Shown: one piece after another, positions 23,151 to 32,039 of the stretch
Numbering within the stretch: position 1 is the first letter of the stretch
How the letters are laid out: every line of letters starts with the position of its first letter
Assembly (NCBI RefSeq): GCF_004010195.1
Contig: NC_057719.1
Coordinates: 32,398,259-32,430,297, forward strand
From: Chiloscyllium plagiosum
Lineage: Eukaryota
Direction of reading: 5' to 3'
Length of the DNA: 32,039 bases
Notes under the pieces: generated by a model
The model's input: only the letters and a program-made list of their open reading frames with translations
The model's database searches: none
Told to the model about the DNA's origin: nothing
Program-made: the position numbers and the translations under genes

Positions 23151-25519
23151 ACACACAGGCTGCCTTGCCTAATAGTTTGGGATAGCAACAATTTTTAAGT
23201 TTTTTAACTGGATATGTGTTTGGCTGCAAGCAAATGTTTTGAATGCAGACGTCAGAAGAACCAGCTGAATCCCTGGGAGAGAAAATCACAAAAGAATTCT
23301 ACTTCTCCAAAGGGAAGTGCATGCAGGTTGCCACAACTTTCTATGCTGGAAAGACAAAACAAGTCTTCGCTCACTTCCAGCAGCTGCTTTGCTTAGTCTA
23401 ACTCCGGGAGCAACTTCCAGCTATTAATTTACAGAAGCCATCGTTGCTGCTGAGTATGACCTGAAGTTTTCAATCTCTTTACTTTGGAGACAATCTTCAA
23501 GCAATCCAGTCCTTTAACCATAATAAACACTGACTTATGTATTTATTGCTTTGTGTATATTTTTTAACCAGTATTTGTTATAAATACAGTGAAAGGTGTG
23601 TATAATTGTCAAGCATAACTTTTGTCCTCACTTTAAGTCATTGCGTCTATATTTTAGCTAAGAGCCTTTCACATTTTATTGAAATAACTTTCAGCAATAG
23701 CTGTGTTGTAAACTAAACTTTAATCTTGTTTATTTGAAAAGTTGTACTGCTGGTTATTTTAAATTGAAACACTGAAAAAGTGCAAGTGGGCTACGTATGA
23801 ACTTAGGCAAATTCTTGGTTCACAGACTACTCTGAGGACATCTCTAGTCAGTGGTTGTGATAGATAAGATGTCATCCAGTGGCATTTTCCTCATGATTTC
23901 CATTTGGTTTAATTTTTACATACGTTATGGTGCATTCAATTGAATGCATTCCATCAGCAAGCCTTCCATCAGTCTGCTTATGCTGGGGTATGGGCTACTG
24001 ACATGGTATTGACTGGATAAAACCTGGTCAGGCTTTGTACACAGTGCACCTTGGGGCCATTTCCCACACTATTAGTGTTACAGTTGAAGTGGAGCTGGTA
24101 TGTGATTGTGGGGAACTTAGCTGGTGGCTGAGATGGAGCCAGACCTACACATGTCTTTAATCACATTCTATTTAACTGCCTCTAAGTGCTCTCAAAAATG
24201 GCAACTCAGTTTTCAAACTAAATATGCTGAGGTGAGAAGATGGCCTATCACCCCTTTCTCAGTAATTAAGAATGAGAAATTATTCATTTCATTTGATACC
24301 AAGACTCAATGCCTCTTATAAAAAATGTAACAAGACAATACACAATGAAAAGCATTTTTATATTCTTGAGGTACATGTAGTTCTCCGATAACACACGTTT
24401 ATTAAACGTGATTTGGTTGTAATGCGATTTGTGAATTGTGAACCTTTTTTTAATAAAGCAAACTCCCGTTCGCTGTTACGCGTTTCCATCCCCAGCACCA
24501 GTGTACGGTAAAACCCAGCCTGAGGATCCTCTCTCTGCAAAATGGAAATTCAGTGTATTCAGCTAAAGCAGGAATGCAATCAGCTCTGCAAGTCTTGAAA
24601 CTTAGCCCGAAACTGGGAATGTCATCTACATTTAGAAGGAACTATATTTCAAACAGGGAGAATCGTGATGAGGACTGGACATTCCGCCACAGCATCACAT
24701 GGTCAGTCGGCTCATACACTTTCTGGTGAAGAGCTTCATGGAAGGTACAGTGCTATAGTCAGTGATTTTAGTGTTAAAGTGTTACATTTACTGTATTATT
24801 TCATTAAAATAATTGATTTAAAGGTTTACTTAGACTGTGCTATCATTGGGTAACTCCTATCTTTATTTTGATTTTTACTGGTATTTCTGGTGATTCACCC
24901 CAACCTTGTTTTTCTCATAGGTCCCATTATTTACATTGTGTGATTCTCTACAACACAGTGTCACATGGCAATGCAACTACTGTGTTATAGGTGAACTACC
25001 CATAGAAGGATTCGGTAAACTGATTTATTTTGTAGCTTCTGTTGATATGATTTAGCAAGACTAGTTTTCCTGGGTGATGGCAATACTGTCCTGGGCTCCA
25101 TTTGGCAGTCGCAATGTTCAATTCTTCTCTCTTTTCTCTTTGTCCTCAAACCTGAGATTAAAAGCCTGGTGAGATGAACGAATTTGAATGTTAGCTAACC
25201 AATCAACAGCCACGTTGGCACTTAGACACTACTTAAGGAACCATTTAATGAAGATATCGTCAAATGGTACTTTAAACCACTGATCGAATTACATGATATA
25301 TCACCCTTTTAATTAGAATCTTAACATGAAATATTCATAGTGACTACTATTGCTGTACATTACGCTTTCTCAAAAATGTGAGCAATTTAAACAACTCATA
25401 ATATGATATATTAGGCCTTTACTGGCACTGAAATCCTGATACTTTCACGAGAGTTAGTTGAATAAGATTGAGTGCTGTACAATTAAATGATTATAGATTG
25501 GAATTTAGCCTGACATTTA

Positions 25520-25825
25520 GGTGTAGCACTGAGAGATTGCCCTATTGTCAAGACATGTTATGTTTCAGATGGAACATTAAACCAAGGTTTTATCTGACCT
25601 CTTTGTTAGATATTCAATGAACTAGTTAATATTTCCCCCGCCAATCAACCCAATGTGCAAAAGTAAAACCGATGTTCTCGGCATGATCTCATTGTTGTTT
25701 GTGGCACCTTGCGTTCTCCAAAATTAATGATCACATTTTCTATACTAATGTAATTGCACTTTAAAAGCTTGCCATTCCCTCTATGGGGCTTTTGGGATGT
25801 ACTGAAGCCATGGAAGTGTTACTAC
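25520..25825 (+). mobile_element. Degenerate DeuSINE-like (SacSINE1/AmnSINE1-type domain) remnant
   Basis: TTTCAGATGGAACATTAAACCAAGG...CATTGTTGTTTGTGG...CTTTTGGGATGTACTGAAG is colinear with my recollection of the Deu domain and an L2-like tail. Confidence 0.55.
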
Positions 25826-25878
25826 TCAGCCACAGCTGACAGAAATAACACAAAACAACAGCCTCGTGAACCTTGCCA

Positions 25879-26093
25879 AAGTCAGAAGTCACATGACACC
25901 AAGATATGATCCAACAGGTTTATTTGAAATCACAAGCTTTCGGAGTGCTGCCCCTTTGTCAAAATTCACCTGACAATGAGGCAGGGCTCTGAAAGCTTGT
26001 GATTTCAAATGAACCTATTAGACTGTAACCTGGTGTCATGTGACTTCTGACATTGCCTGCCCCAGTCTAACACTGGCATCTCCACATCATGGC
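25879..26093 (+). mobile_element. Palindromic short PLE-terminus element (family B) with degenerate hammerheads on both strands
   Basis: Inverted arms at about 25881-25961 and 25971-26051, plus a roughly 40-nt 3' tail. Imperfect TSD AACCTTGYCA (25869-25878 and 26094-26103). Homologous to 31301-31531. Confidence 0.85.
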
Positions 26094-26902
26094 AACCTTG
26101 TCAGAAGGCATTGAAGGAGGATGAGAAGGGAGGATGCACCCTCTCACGTAGGGTAACATATTTAGTTGGTAACTTTCATCAGGGCAGTTGCAGTGCCATG
26201 TGTGAAATTGAATAAGGTGGGTGAACTTGCAGCATGGGTTGGTATCTGGGACTTTGATGTTGTGGCTATTTTGGAGACATGGTTAGAGCAGGGAGAGGAA
26301 TGGTTGTTGCAGGTTCCAGGATTTAGATGTTCCAGTAAGAACAGAGAAGATGGTAAGAGAGGGGGAGGTGTGGCATTGTTGGTCAAGTTCAGCATTACAG
26401 TTGCAGGAAAGATGTTTGGGGCCTCGTCAATTGAGGTAGTATGGGCTGAAGTTAGAAACAGGAAAGGAGAGGTCACCCTGTTGGGAGTTTTCTATAGGCC
26501 TCCGAATAGTTCCAGAGATGTAGACGAAAGGATAGCAAAGATGATTCTCGATAGGGGTGAGAGAGACAAGGTAATTGTCATGGGGGACTTCAACTTTCCA
26601 AATATTGACTGGGAACACTATAGTACGAGTACTATAGATGGGTCAGTTTTTGTCCAGTGTGTGCAGGAGGGCTTCCTGACACAGTATGTAGACAGGCCAA
26701 CAAGGGGCGAAGCCACATCAGATTTGGTACTGGGTAATGAGCCCGGTCAGGTGTTAGACTTGGAAGTAGGTGAGCACTTTGGTGATAGCGATCACAATTC
26801 TGTTATATTTACTTTAGAGATAGAAAGGGACAGGCGTATACCACTGGGGGAAAGGTAATTACGATGTGATTAGGCAAGATTTAGGAAGCATAGGATGGGG
26901 AA

Positions 26903-27841
26903 NNNNNNNNNNNNNNNNNNNNNNNNNNNNNNNNNNNNNNNNNNNNNNNNNNNNNNNNNNNNNNNNNNNNNNNNNNNNNNNNNNNNNNNNNNNNNNNNNN
27001 NNNNNNNNNNNNNNNNNNNNNNNNNNNNNNNNNNNNNNNNNNNNNNNNNNNNNNNNNNNNNNNNNNNNNNNNNNNNNNNNNNNNNNNNNNNNNNNNNNNN
27101 NNNNNNNNNNNNNNNNNNNNNNNNNNNNNNNNNNNNNNNNNNNNNNNNNNNNNNNNNNNNNNNNNNNNNNNNNNNNNNNNNNNNNNNNNNNNNNNNNNNN
27201 NNNNNNNNNNNNNNNNNNNNNNNNNNNNNNNNNNNNNNNNNNNNNNNNNNNNNNNNNNNNNNNNNNNNNNNNNNNNNNNNNNNNNNNNNNNNNNNNNNNN
27301 NNNNNNNNNNNNNNNNNNNNNNNNNNNNNNNNNNNNNNNNNNNNNNNNNNNNNNNNNNNNNNNNNNNNNNNNNNNNNNNNNNNNNNNNNNNNNNNNNNNN
27401 NNNNNNNNNNNNNNNNNNNNNNNNNNNNNNNNNNNNNNNNNNNNNNNNNNNNNNNNNNNNNNNNNNNNNNNNNNNNNNNNNNNNNNNNNNNNNNNNNNNN
27501 NNNNNNNNNNNNNNNNNNNNNNNNNNNNNNNNNNNNNNNNNNNNNNNNNNNNNNNNNNNNNNNNNNNNNNNNNNNNNNNNNNNNNNNNNNNNNNNNNNNN
27601 NNNNNNNNNNNNNNNNNNNNNNNNNNNNNNNNNNNNNNNNNNNNNNNNNNNNNNNNNNNNNNNNNNNNNNNNNNNNNNNNNNNNNNNNNNNNNNNNNNNN
27701 NNNNNNNNNNNNNNNNNNNNNNNNNNNNNNNNNNNNNNNNNNNNNNNNNNNNNNNNNNNNNNNNNNNNNNNNNNNNNNNNNNNNNNNNNNNNNNNNNNNN
27801 NNNNNNNNNNNNNNNNNNNNNNNNNNNNNNNNNNNNNNNNN
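26903..27841. other. Assembly gap (N run)
   Basis: 939 consecutive N. Confidence 1.
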
Positions 27842-29050
27842 GGCCAATCAAGGATAGTAGTGGGAAGTTGTGTGTGGAGTCAGAGGAGATAGGGGAAGCA
27901 CTAAATAGATATTTTTCAACAGTATTCACTCTAGAAAATGACAATGTTGTCGAGGAGAATACTGAGATACAGGCTACTAGACTAGGTGTGATTGAGGTTC
28001 ACAAGGAAGAGGTATTAGAAATCCTGCAGAGTTTGAAAATAGATACGTCCCCTGAGCCAGATGGGATTTATCCTAGGATCCTCTGGGAAGCCAGGGAGGA
28101 GATTGCTGAGCCTTTGGCATTGATCGTTAAATCGTCATTGTCTACAGGAATAGTGCCAGAAGACTGGAGGATAACAAATGTGGTTCCACTGTTCAAGAAG
28201 GGGAGTAGAGACAAGGGGATTATAGACCAGTGAGCCTTACTTGAGTTGTTGGTAAAGTGTTGGAAAATGTTATAAGAGATAGGATTTATAATCATCTAGA
28301 AAAGAATAATTTGATTAGGGATAGTCAGCACGGTTTTGTGAAGGGCAGGTCGTGCCTCACAAACCTTATTGAGTTCTTTAAGAAGGTGACCAAACAGGTA
28401 GATGAGAGTAAACCAGTTGATGTGGTGTACATGGATGTCAGCAAGGCGTTCGATAAAGTTCCCCACAGTAGGCTATTGTACAAAATGCGGAGGAATGGGA
28501 TTGTGGGAGATGTAGCAGTTTGAATCAGTAATTGGCTTGCTGAAAGAAGACAGAGGGTGGTGGTTGATGGGAAATGTTGATGGGAAATGTTCATCCTGGA
28601 GTCCAGTTACCAGTGATGTACCACAAGGGTCGGTGTTGGGTCAACTGCAGGTCATTTTTATAAACGACCTGGATGAGGGTGTAGAAGGGTGGATTAGTAA
28701 ATTTGCAGACGACACCAAGTTCGGTGGAGTTGTGAATAGTGACGAAGGATGTTGTAGGTTACAGAGAGACATAGATAAGCTGCAAAGCTGGGCTGAGAGG
28801 TGGCAAATGGAGTTTAATGTGGACAAGCGTGAGGTGATTCACTTTGGTCCAAGTAACTGGAATGCAAATTACTGGGCTAATGGTAAGATTCTTGGTAGTG
28901 TAGATGAGCAGAGAGATCTCAGTGTCCAGGTACACAGATCCTTGAAAGTTGCCACCCAGGTTGACAGGGTTGTTAAGAAGGCATACAGTGTTTTAGCTTT
29001 TATCAATAGAGGGATCAAGTTCCAGAACCATGAGGTTATGCTACAGCTGT

Positions 29051-29204
29051 GGCGGCACGGTGGCACAGTGGTTAGCACTGCTGCCTCGCAGCGCCAGAGG
29101 CCCGGGTTCAATTCGCGCCTCAGGCGATTGACTGTGTGGAGTTTGCACATTCTCCCCGTGTCTGCGTGGGTTTCCTCCGGGTGCTCCGGTTTCCTCCCAC
29201 AGTC
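29051..29204 (+). mobile_element. Young HE1-type V-SINE inserted in CR1 (3' end falls in the gap)
   Basis: GGCGGCACGGTGGCACAGTGGTTAGC head, GGTTCAATTC B box and V-domain, with CpGs retained. Confidence 0.92.
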
Positions 29205-29433
29205 NNNNNNNNNNNNNNNNNNNNNNNNNNNNNNNNNNNNNNNNNNNNNNNNNNNNNNNNNNNNNNNNNNNNNNNNNNNNNNNNNNNNNNNNNNNNNNNN
29301 NNNNNNNNNNNNNNNNNNNNNNNNNNNNNNNNNNNNNNNNNNNNNNNNNNNNNNNNNNNNNNNNNNNNNNNNNNNNNNNNNNNNNNNNNNNNNNNNNNNN
29401 NNNNNNNNNNNNNNNNNNNNNNNNNNNNNNNNN
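29205..29433. other. Assembly gap (N run)
   Basis: 229 consecutive N. Confidence 1.
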
Positions 29434-30379
29434 GTGGACAGGGAGAGCCTTTTTCCAAGTATGGTGACAGCGAGCACAAGGGGGCATAGCTTTAAATTGA
29501 GGGGTGATAGATATAGGACAGATGTCAGAGGTAGTTTCTTTACTCAGATAGTAGTAAGGGTATGGAATGCTTTGCCTGCAATGGTAGTAGATTCACTGAG
29601 CCTGTACTGCGCTGTAATGTTCTATGTTCTATGAAACAAGATTGAAAGAATTTGAATAAAGAGTATTGAGAGTCCTGGACATAATTTTAAAAAACTGTTT
29701 TATTTAGTGGCCTTCTCAGAACTGTTGGTCCAGGTTGCCTTATAAAACGCACTAATAGATGGTACTTGGTGCACCCATTTGGTCATGAAAATTGGGTGTA
29801 GATCTGTACCTTTCAAAGGAATCCATTTTGCCTGAAGTGGGGAAAGGGTCATAAGATCAACAAGCGAATCAACAGTAGGAATAGGCCAATTAGTGTCCAG
29901 TACTTCCTTCCTTTATTCATACCAGATAACTACCTAAACATAGGCATGAAAATCACCTCATTGCTTTTCTGGTCGCCATCAACTTTCTCACTGCACTGAA
30001 CCATTGTCCTACAGCAACCCCTGAGAATTGGCAAAACAAAGCACTAATTACAGGAGCCCAACTGTGAACTGGTTTTCGTCTTCAGTCATTTTCACTTCAT
30101 TGCATCTTACTGTCACAGTCCTCTCATGCGTGCTGAGGCTGGCACACAGCCTGGAGCCGGGGAAGCAGTCTTTGAGCATTTCAATTACTGTTCTCCATAT
30201 GACAGAAGTACTATCATACAAAATCAGTGGGAAATCCAGCCAAGTACAAGGTGGTGCTTTTCCAAGGAATTGTTTCATTGTACAGGGTTGGCAATTTGTT
30301 ACCAAAGAATTATCCTTTGTAATTATTTAGGTCTTGTCTTGGCGATCTGACTTTTTCCTTTTAGGAACAATAGCACAGT

Positions 30380-30610
30380 GGGTATCCATGTTGGCAGTAG
30401 TGCTCCAAGCCTCATTTTAGTAAGAGCTCTTCAGATGTGAGTTAGCAGACTATCCAATCATTGGGATCCTGAAAGTCAAAACAGTGCAGTCCTCTCCTTC
30501 CGAACCCTTACAGCTGAGGACAGTCAATTCAGATCAGGTTCAGGATTTAAGCCTTGAACATTCCTTGTCTTGTTCAACATTGGATACTGCATTTAGCCAT
30601 TGAGTCATCA
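30380..30610 (-). mobile_element. Ancient tRNA-headed SINE remnant
   Basis: Minus strand begins GATGACTCAATGGCTAAATGCA (A-box-like), followed by GGCTTAAATCC (B-box-like). Confidence 0.4.
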
Positions 30611-30759
30611 ATAACTACAATCAAAAATGAAATCTATTTAGCATCTTTGGCATAGTCTCCCAAGCTGTTTCACAGGAGGAAGAGCAAAGAAACTCGACAC
30701 TAAGCTACACTTGGTCATTAAAAGGCATGGATTGGTCATACAGGCAGTTTCTAACCTAT

Positions 30760-30870
30760 ACCTTAGAAGGAGGAGGGAGAGGTAAAGGCTCAGAGATGTG
30801 GTTGGAGGGAATTTCAGAACAGCTGATGACACAGCAACCAGTGGGTGGAGCCAGTAAAACAAGAGGGTAA
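30760..30870 (-). mobile_element. Old L2 fragment
   Basis: GGAGGGAATTTCAG...CAGCTGATGACACAGCAACCAGTGGGTGGAGC resembles the reverse complement of the L2 R.FS..AP.LWN.LP region. Confidence 0.45.
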
Positions 30871-31353
30871 CATAAGTAGCAAGACAAGTTCAAATATTCC
30901 TTGCATTTTTAAATTGAAAGTATAATTTTAATGTCAGAGAATTAGAGAAGCCTCAGGCCTGTGAGGAAGCAGCTTAGAGCTGGAAGCTATGAATCACGGA
31001 TGATTCTTGAGGCCTGCACAATTTACCTTGGACCTAGGAACAGGAGAGACATCCCATTCAGCTGTTCGCAACTATTTGAGTTGGAAAATGAATGTAAAGA
31101 AAGTGTCAACATGAAATATCTGTGAAGTTATTGAATGATAAGAAGTTGCTTTTTCAGCGATTGCCTTTAAATTACTGTAAATCAATAAAGTATTTTTTAA
31201 AGAAGTCACTATACTTAGATTAAACAGAAATACCAGAAATAAGGAAAGGTCAGGAGCGATATAATGAATTAACGTAAGTAATGCATAAGTAATGCATGGT
31301 AAAGTTAAAAATCACACAACACCAGGTTATAGTCCAACAGGTTTAATTGGAAG

Positions 31354-31387
31354 CACTAGCTTTCGGACGCCGCTCTGTCATCAGCTG
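31354..31387 (-). ncRNA. Minimal hammerhead motif (family B, antisense arm, stem II damaged)
   Basis: Minus strand reads CTGATGA-CAGAGCGGCGTCC-GAAA-GC-TA-GTG. Confidence 0.55.
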
Positions 31388-31403
31388 ATTGTGGTGCCAC
31401 AAT

Positions 31404-31438
31404 TACCTGATGAAGGAGCGGCGCTCCGAAAGCTAGTA
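31404..31438 (+). ncRNA. Minimal type I hammerhead ribozyme motif (family B, intact core)
   Basis: Stem I TAC/GTA, CTGATGA at 31407-31413, stem II GGAGC-GGC-GCTCC, GAAA at 31428-31431, then GC and TA (predicted cleavage after 31435). Confidence 0.8.
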
Positions 31439-31609
31439 TGCTTCCAATTAAACCTGTTGGACTATAACCTGGTGTTGTGTGATTTTTAACTTTGTACACC
31501 CCAGTCTAACACCAGCATCTCCAAATCATGTATGGTAAAGTTCTTATGTAAGGCAAAGAATTTTAAGATATGGCACTCAGCTAGGTTGAGTGGAATGTGT
31601 GACGTGTCA

Positions 31610-31810
31610 TTTGTGAGTCATGTTCCCAGCTCAAGGATACACTGCAGGAGTCCCTCAGGATAGTGTCCCAGGCACAGTCACATTCAGGTACTTCATCAAT
31701 GACCTTCAGTCAGACGTGGTAATATTCAATGAAGATTGTGTAATGTTTAATTGCTTTCACAATCCCTCAGGTAATGAAGGAGTCCCTTCCAGCGTACCAC
31801 AAGATCTGCG
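31610..31810 (+). mobile_element. Old CR1/L2-group RT fragment
   Basis: TAGVPQDSVPGTVTFRYFINDL matches the GVPQGS.LGP..F..FINDL RT motif. Confidence 0.75.
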
Positions 31811-31905
31811 AGGAGAAAGTGAGGACTGCAGATGCTGGAGATCAGAGCTGAAAATGTGTTGCTGGAAAAGCACAGCAGGTCAGGCAGCATCCAAGGAGCA
31901 GGAGA

Positions 31906-31939
31906 AACGACGTTTCGGGCATGAGCCCTTCTTCAGGAA
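31906..31939 (-). ncRNA. Minimal type I hammerhead ribozyme motif (family A, intact core)
   Basis: Minus strand reads CTGAAGA-A-GGGC-TCAT-GCCC-GAAA-CG-TC. Confidence 0.75.
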
Positions 31940-31953
31940 TGAGGAGTGAATCT

Positions 31954-31987
31954 TTCCTGAAGAAGGGCTCATGCCCGAAACATCGAT
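31954..31987 (+). ncRNA. Minimal type I hammerhead ribozyme motif (family A)
   Basis: CTGAAGA at 31957-31963, GGGC-TCAT-GCCC, GAAA at 31977-31980, then CA-TC (one CpG-type change in stem III). Confidence 0.7.
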
Positions 31988-32039
31988 TCTCCTGCTCCTT
32001 GGATGCTGCCTGACCTGCTGCGCTTTTCCAGCAACACAT

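Larger units (their letters stand above)
26200..29633 (+). mobile_element. CR1 LINE ORF2 (APE to 3' tail), 5'-truncated, with gaps and a nested SINE
   Basis: ETWL, GGGVALLV, YRPP, MGDFN and SDHN (APE); QHGF, FINDLD and KFADDTK (RT); (TTCTATG)n tail at 29620-29633. Confidence 0.93.
31301..31531 (+). mobile_element. Palindromic short PLE-terminus element (family B) with hammerhead motifs on both strands
   Basis: Inverted arms 31301-31394 and 31397-31493 around a 2-nt centre, plus a roughly 35-nt tail. TSD ATGGTAAAGTT at 31296-31306 and 31532-31542. Confidence 0.9.
31812..32039. mobile_element. Inverted pair of family A PLE termini (runs off the right window edge)
   Basis: 31812-31940 on the minus strand and 31954-32039 on the plus strand are near-identical reverse complements separated by about 13 nt. 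Confidence 0.9.

Noticed and set aside
23150..23865. Possible solo LTR
   Set aside because: No clear TG...CA termini or TSD could be identified.
26166..26858. 230-aa endonuclease ORF as a possible domesticated gene
   Set aside because: It is the APE domain of a 5'-truncated CR1 with downstream frameshifts and stops, and it has no clear ATG start.
26859..28233. ORFs of 320-455 aa
   Set aside because: They are mostly X residues from an N gap within a CR1 copy.
28537..29634. 365-aa ORF fusing RT to a novel C-terminus
   Set aside because: It is chance read-through from the CR1 RT into a nested SINE and an N gap. It starts near a 13-bp tandem duplication (28563-28588).
30028..30350. Overlapping 74-100 aa ORFs in unique sequence
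   Set aside because: No recognisable domain or convincing splice structure; consistent with chance.
31301..31493. Long inverted repeat as a DNA-transposon MITE or pre-miRNA
   Set aside because: The asymmetric 3' tail, long TSD and hammerhead motifs fit a Penelope-type terminus better.
1..32039. Prokaryotic systems (CRISPR, retron, defence operons)
   Set aside because: There is no operon structure or spaced repeat array, and all RT and nuclease motifs belong to vertebrate retrotransposons.

Overview
Eukaryotic, repeat-dense, non-coding (intronic or intergenic) DNA from a cartilaginous fish. HE1-type V-SINEs and their CR1/HER1-type partner LINEs point to a shark or ray; three N-gaps suggest a draft assembly. 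No intact protein-coding gene can be identified, and nearly all long ORFs in the track are decayed retrotransposon fragments or artefacts running through N-gaps. The window holds about eight CR1 LINE copies (one near full length, with a zinc-finger/SGNH-esterase ORF1 and an APE-RT ORF2), L2 remnants, six HE1 SINEs, a DeuSINE remnant and at least three families of Penelope-like elements (PLEs). The most interesting signal is a set of short (80-240 bp) PLE-terminus insertions, most flanked by target-site duplications (TSDs). They carry minimal type I hammerhead ribozyme (HHR) motifs, and several are palindromic with a hammerhead motif on both strands. Repeat-poor islands at about 14.4-15.9 kb and 20.6-25.5 kb contain candidate small exons and regulatory motifs that I could not assign to a gene. 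Repeat family names come from my recognition of the sequences, not from a database search, and boundaries are approximate.
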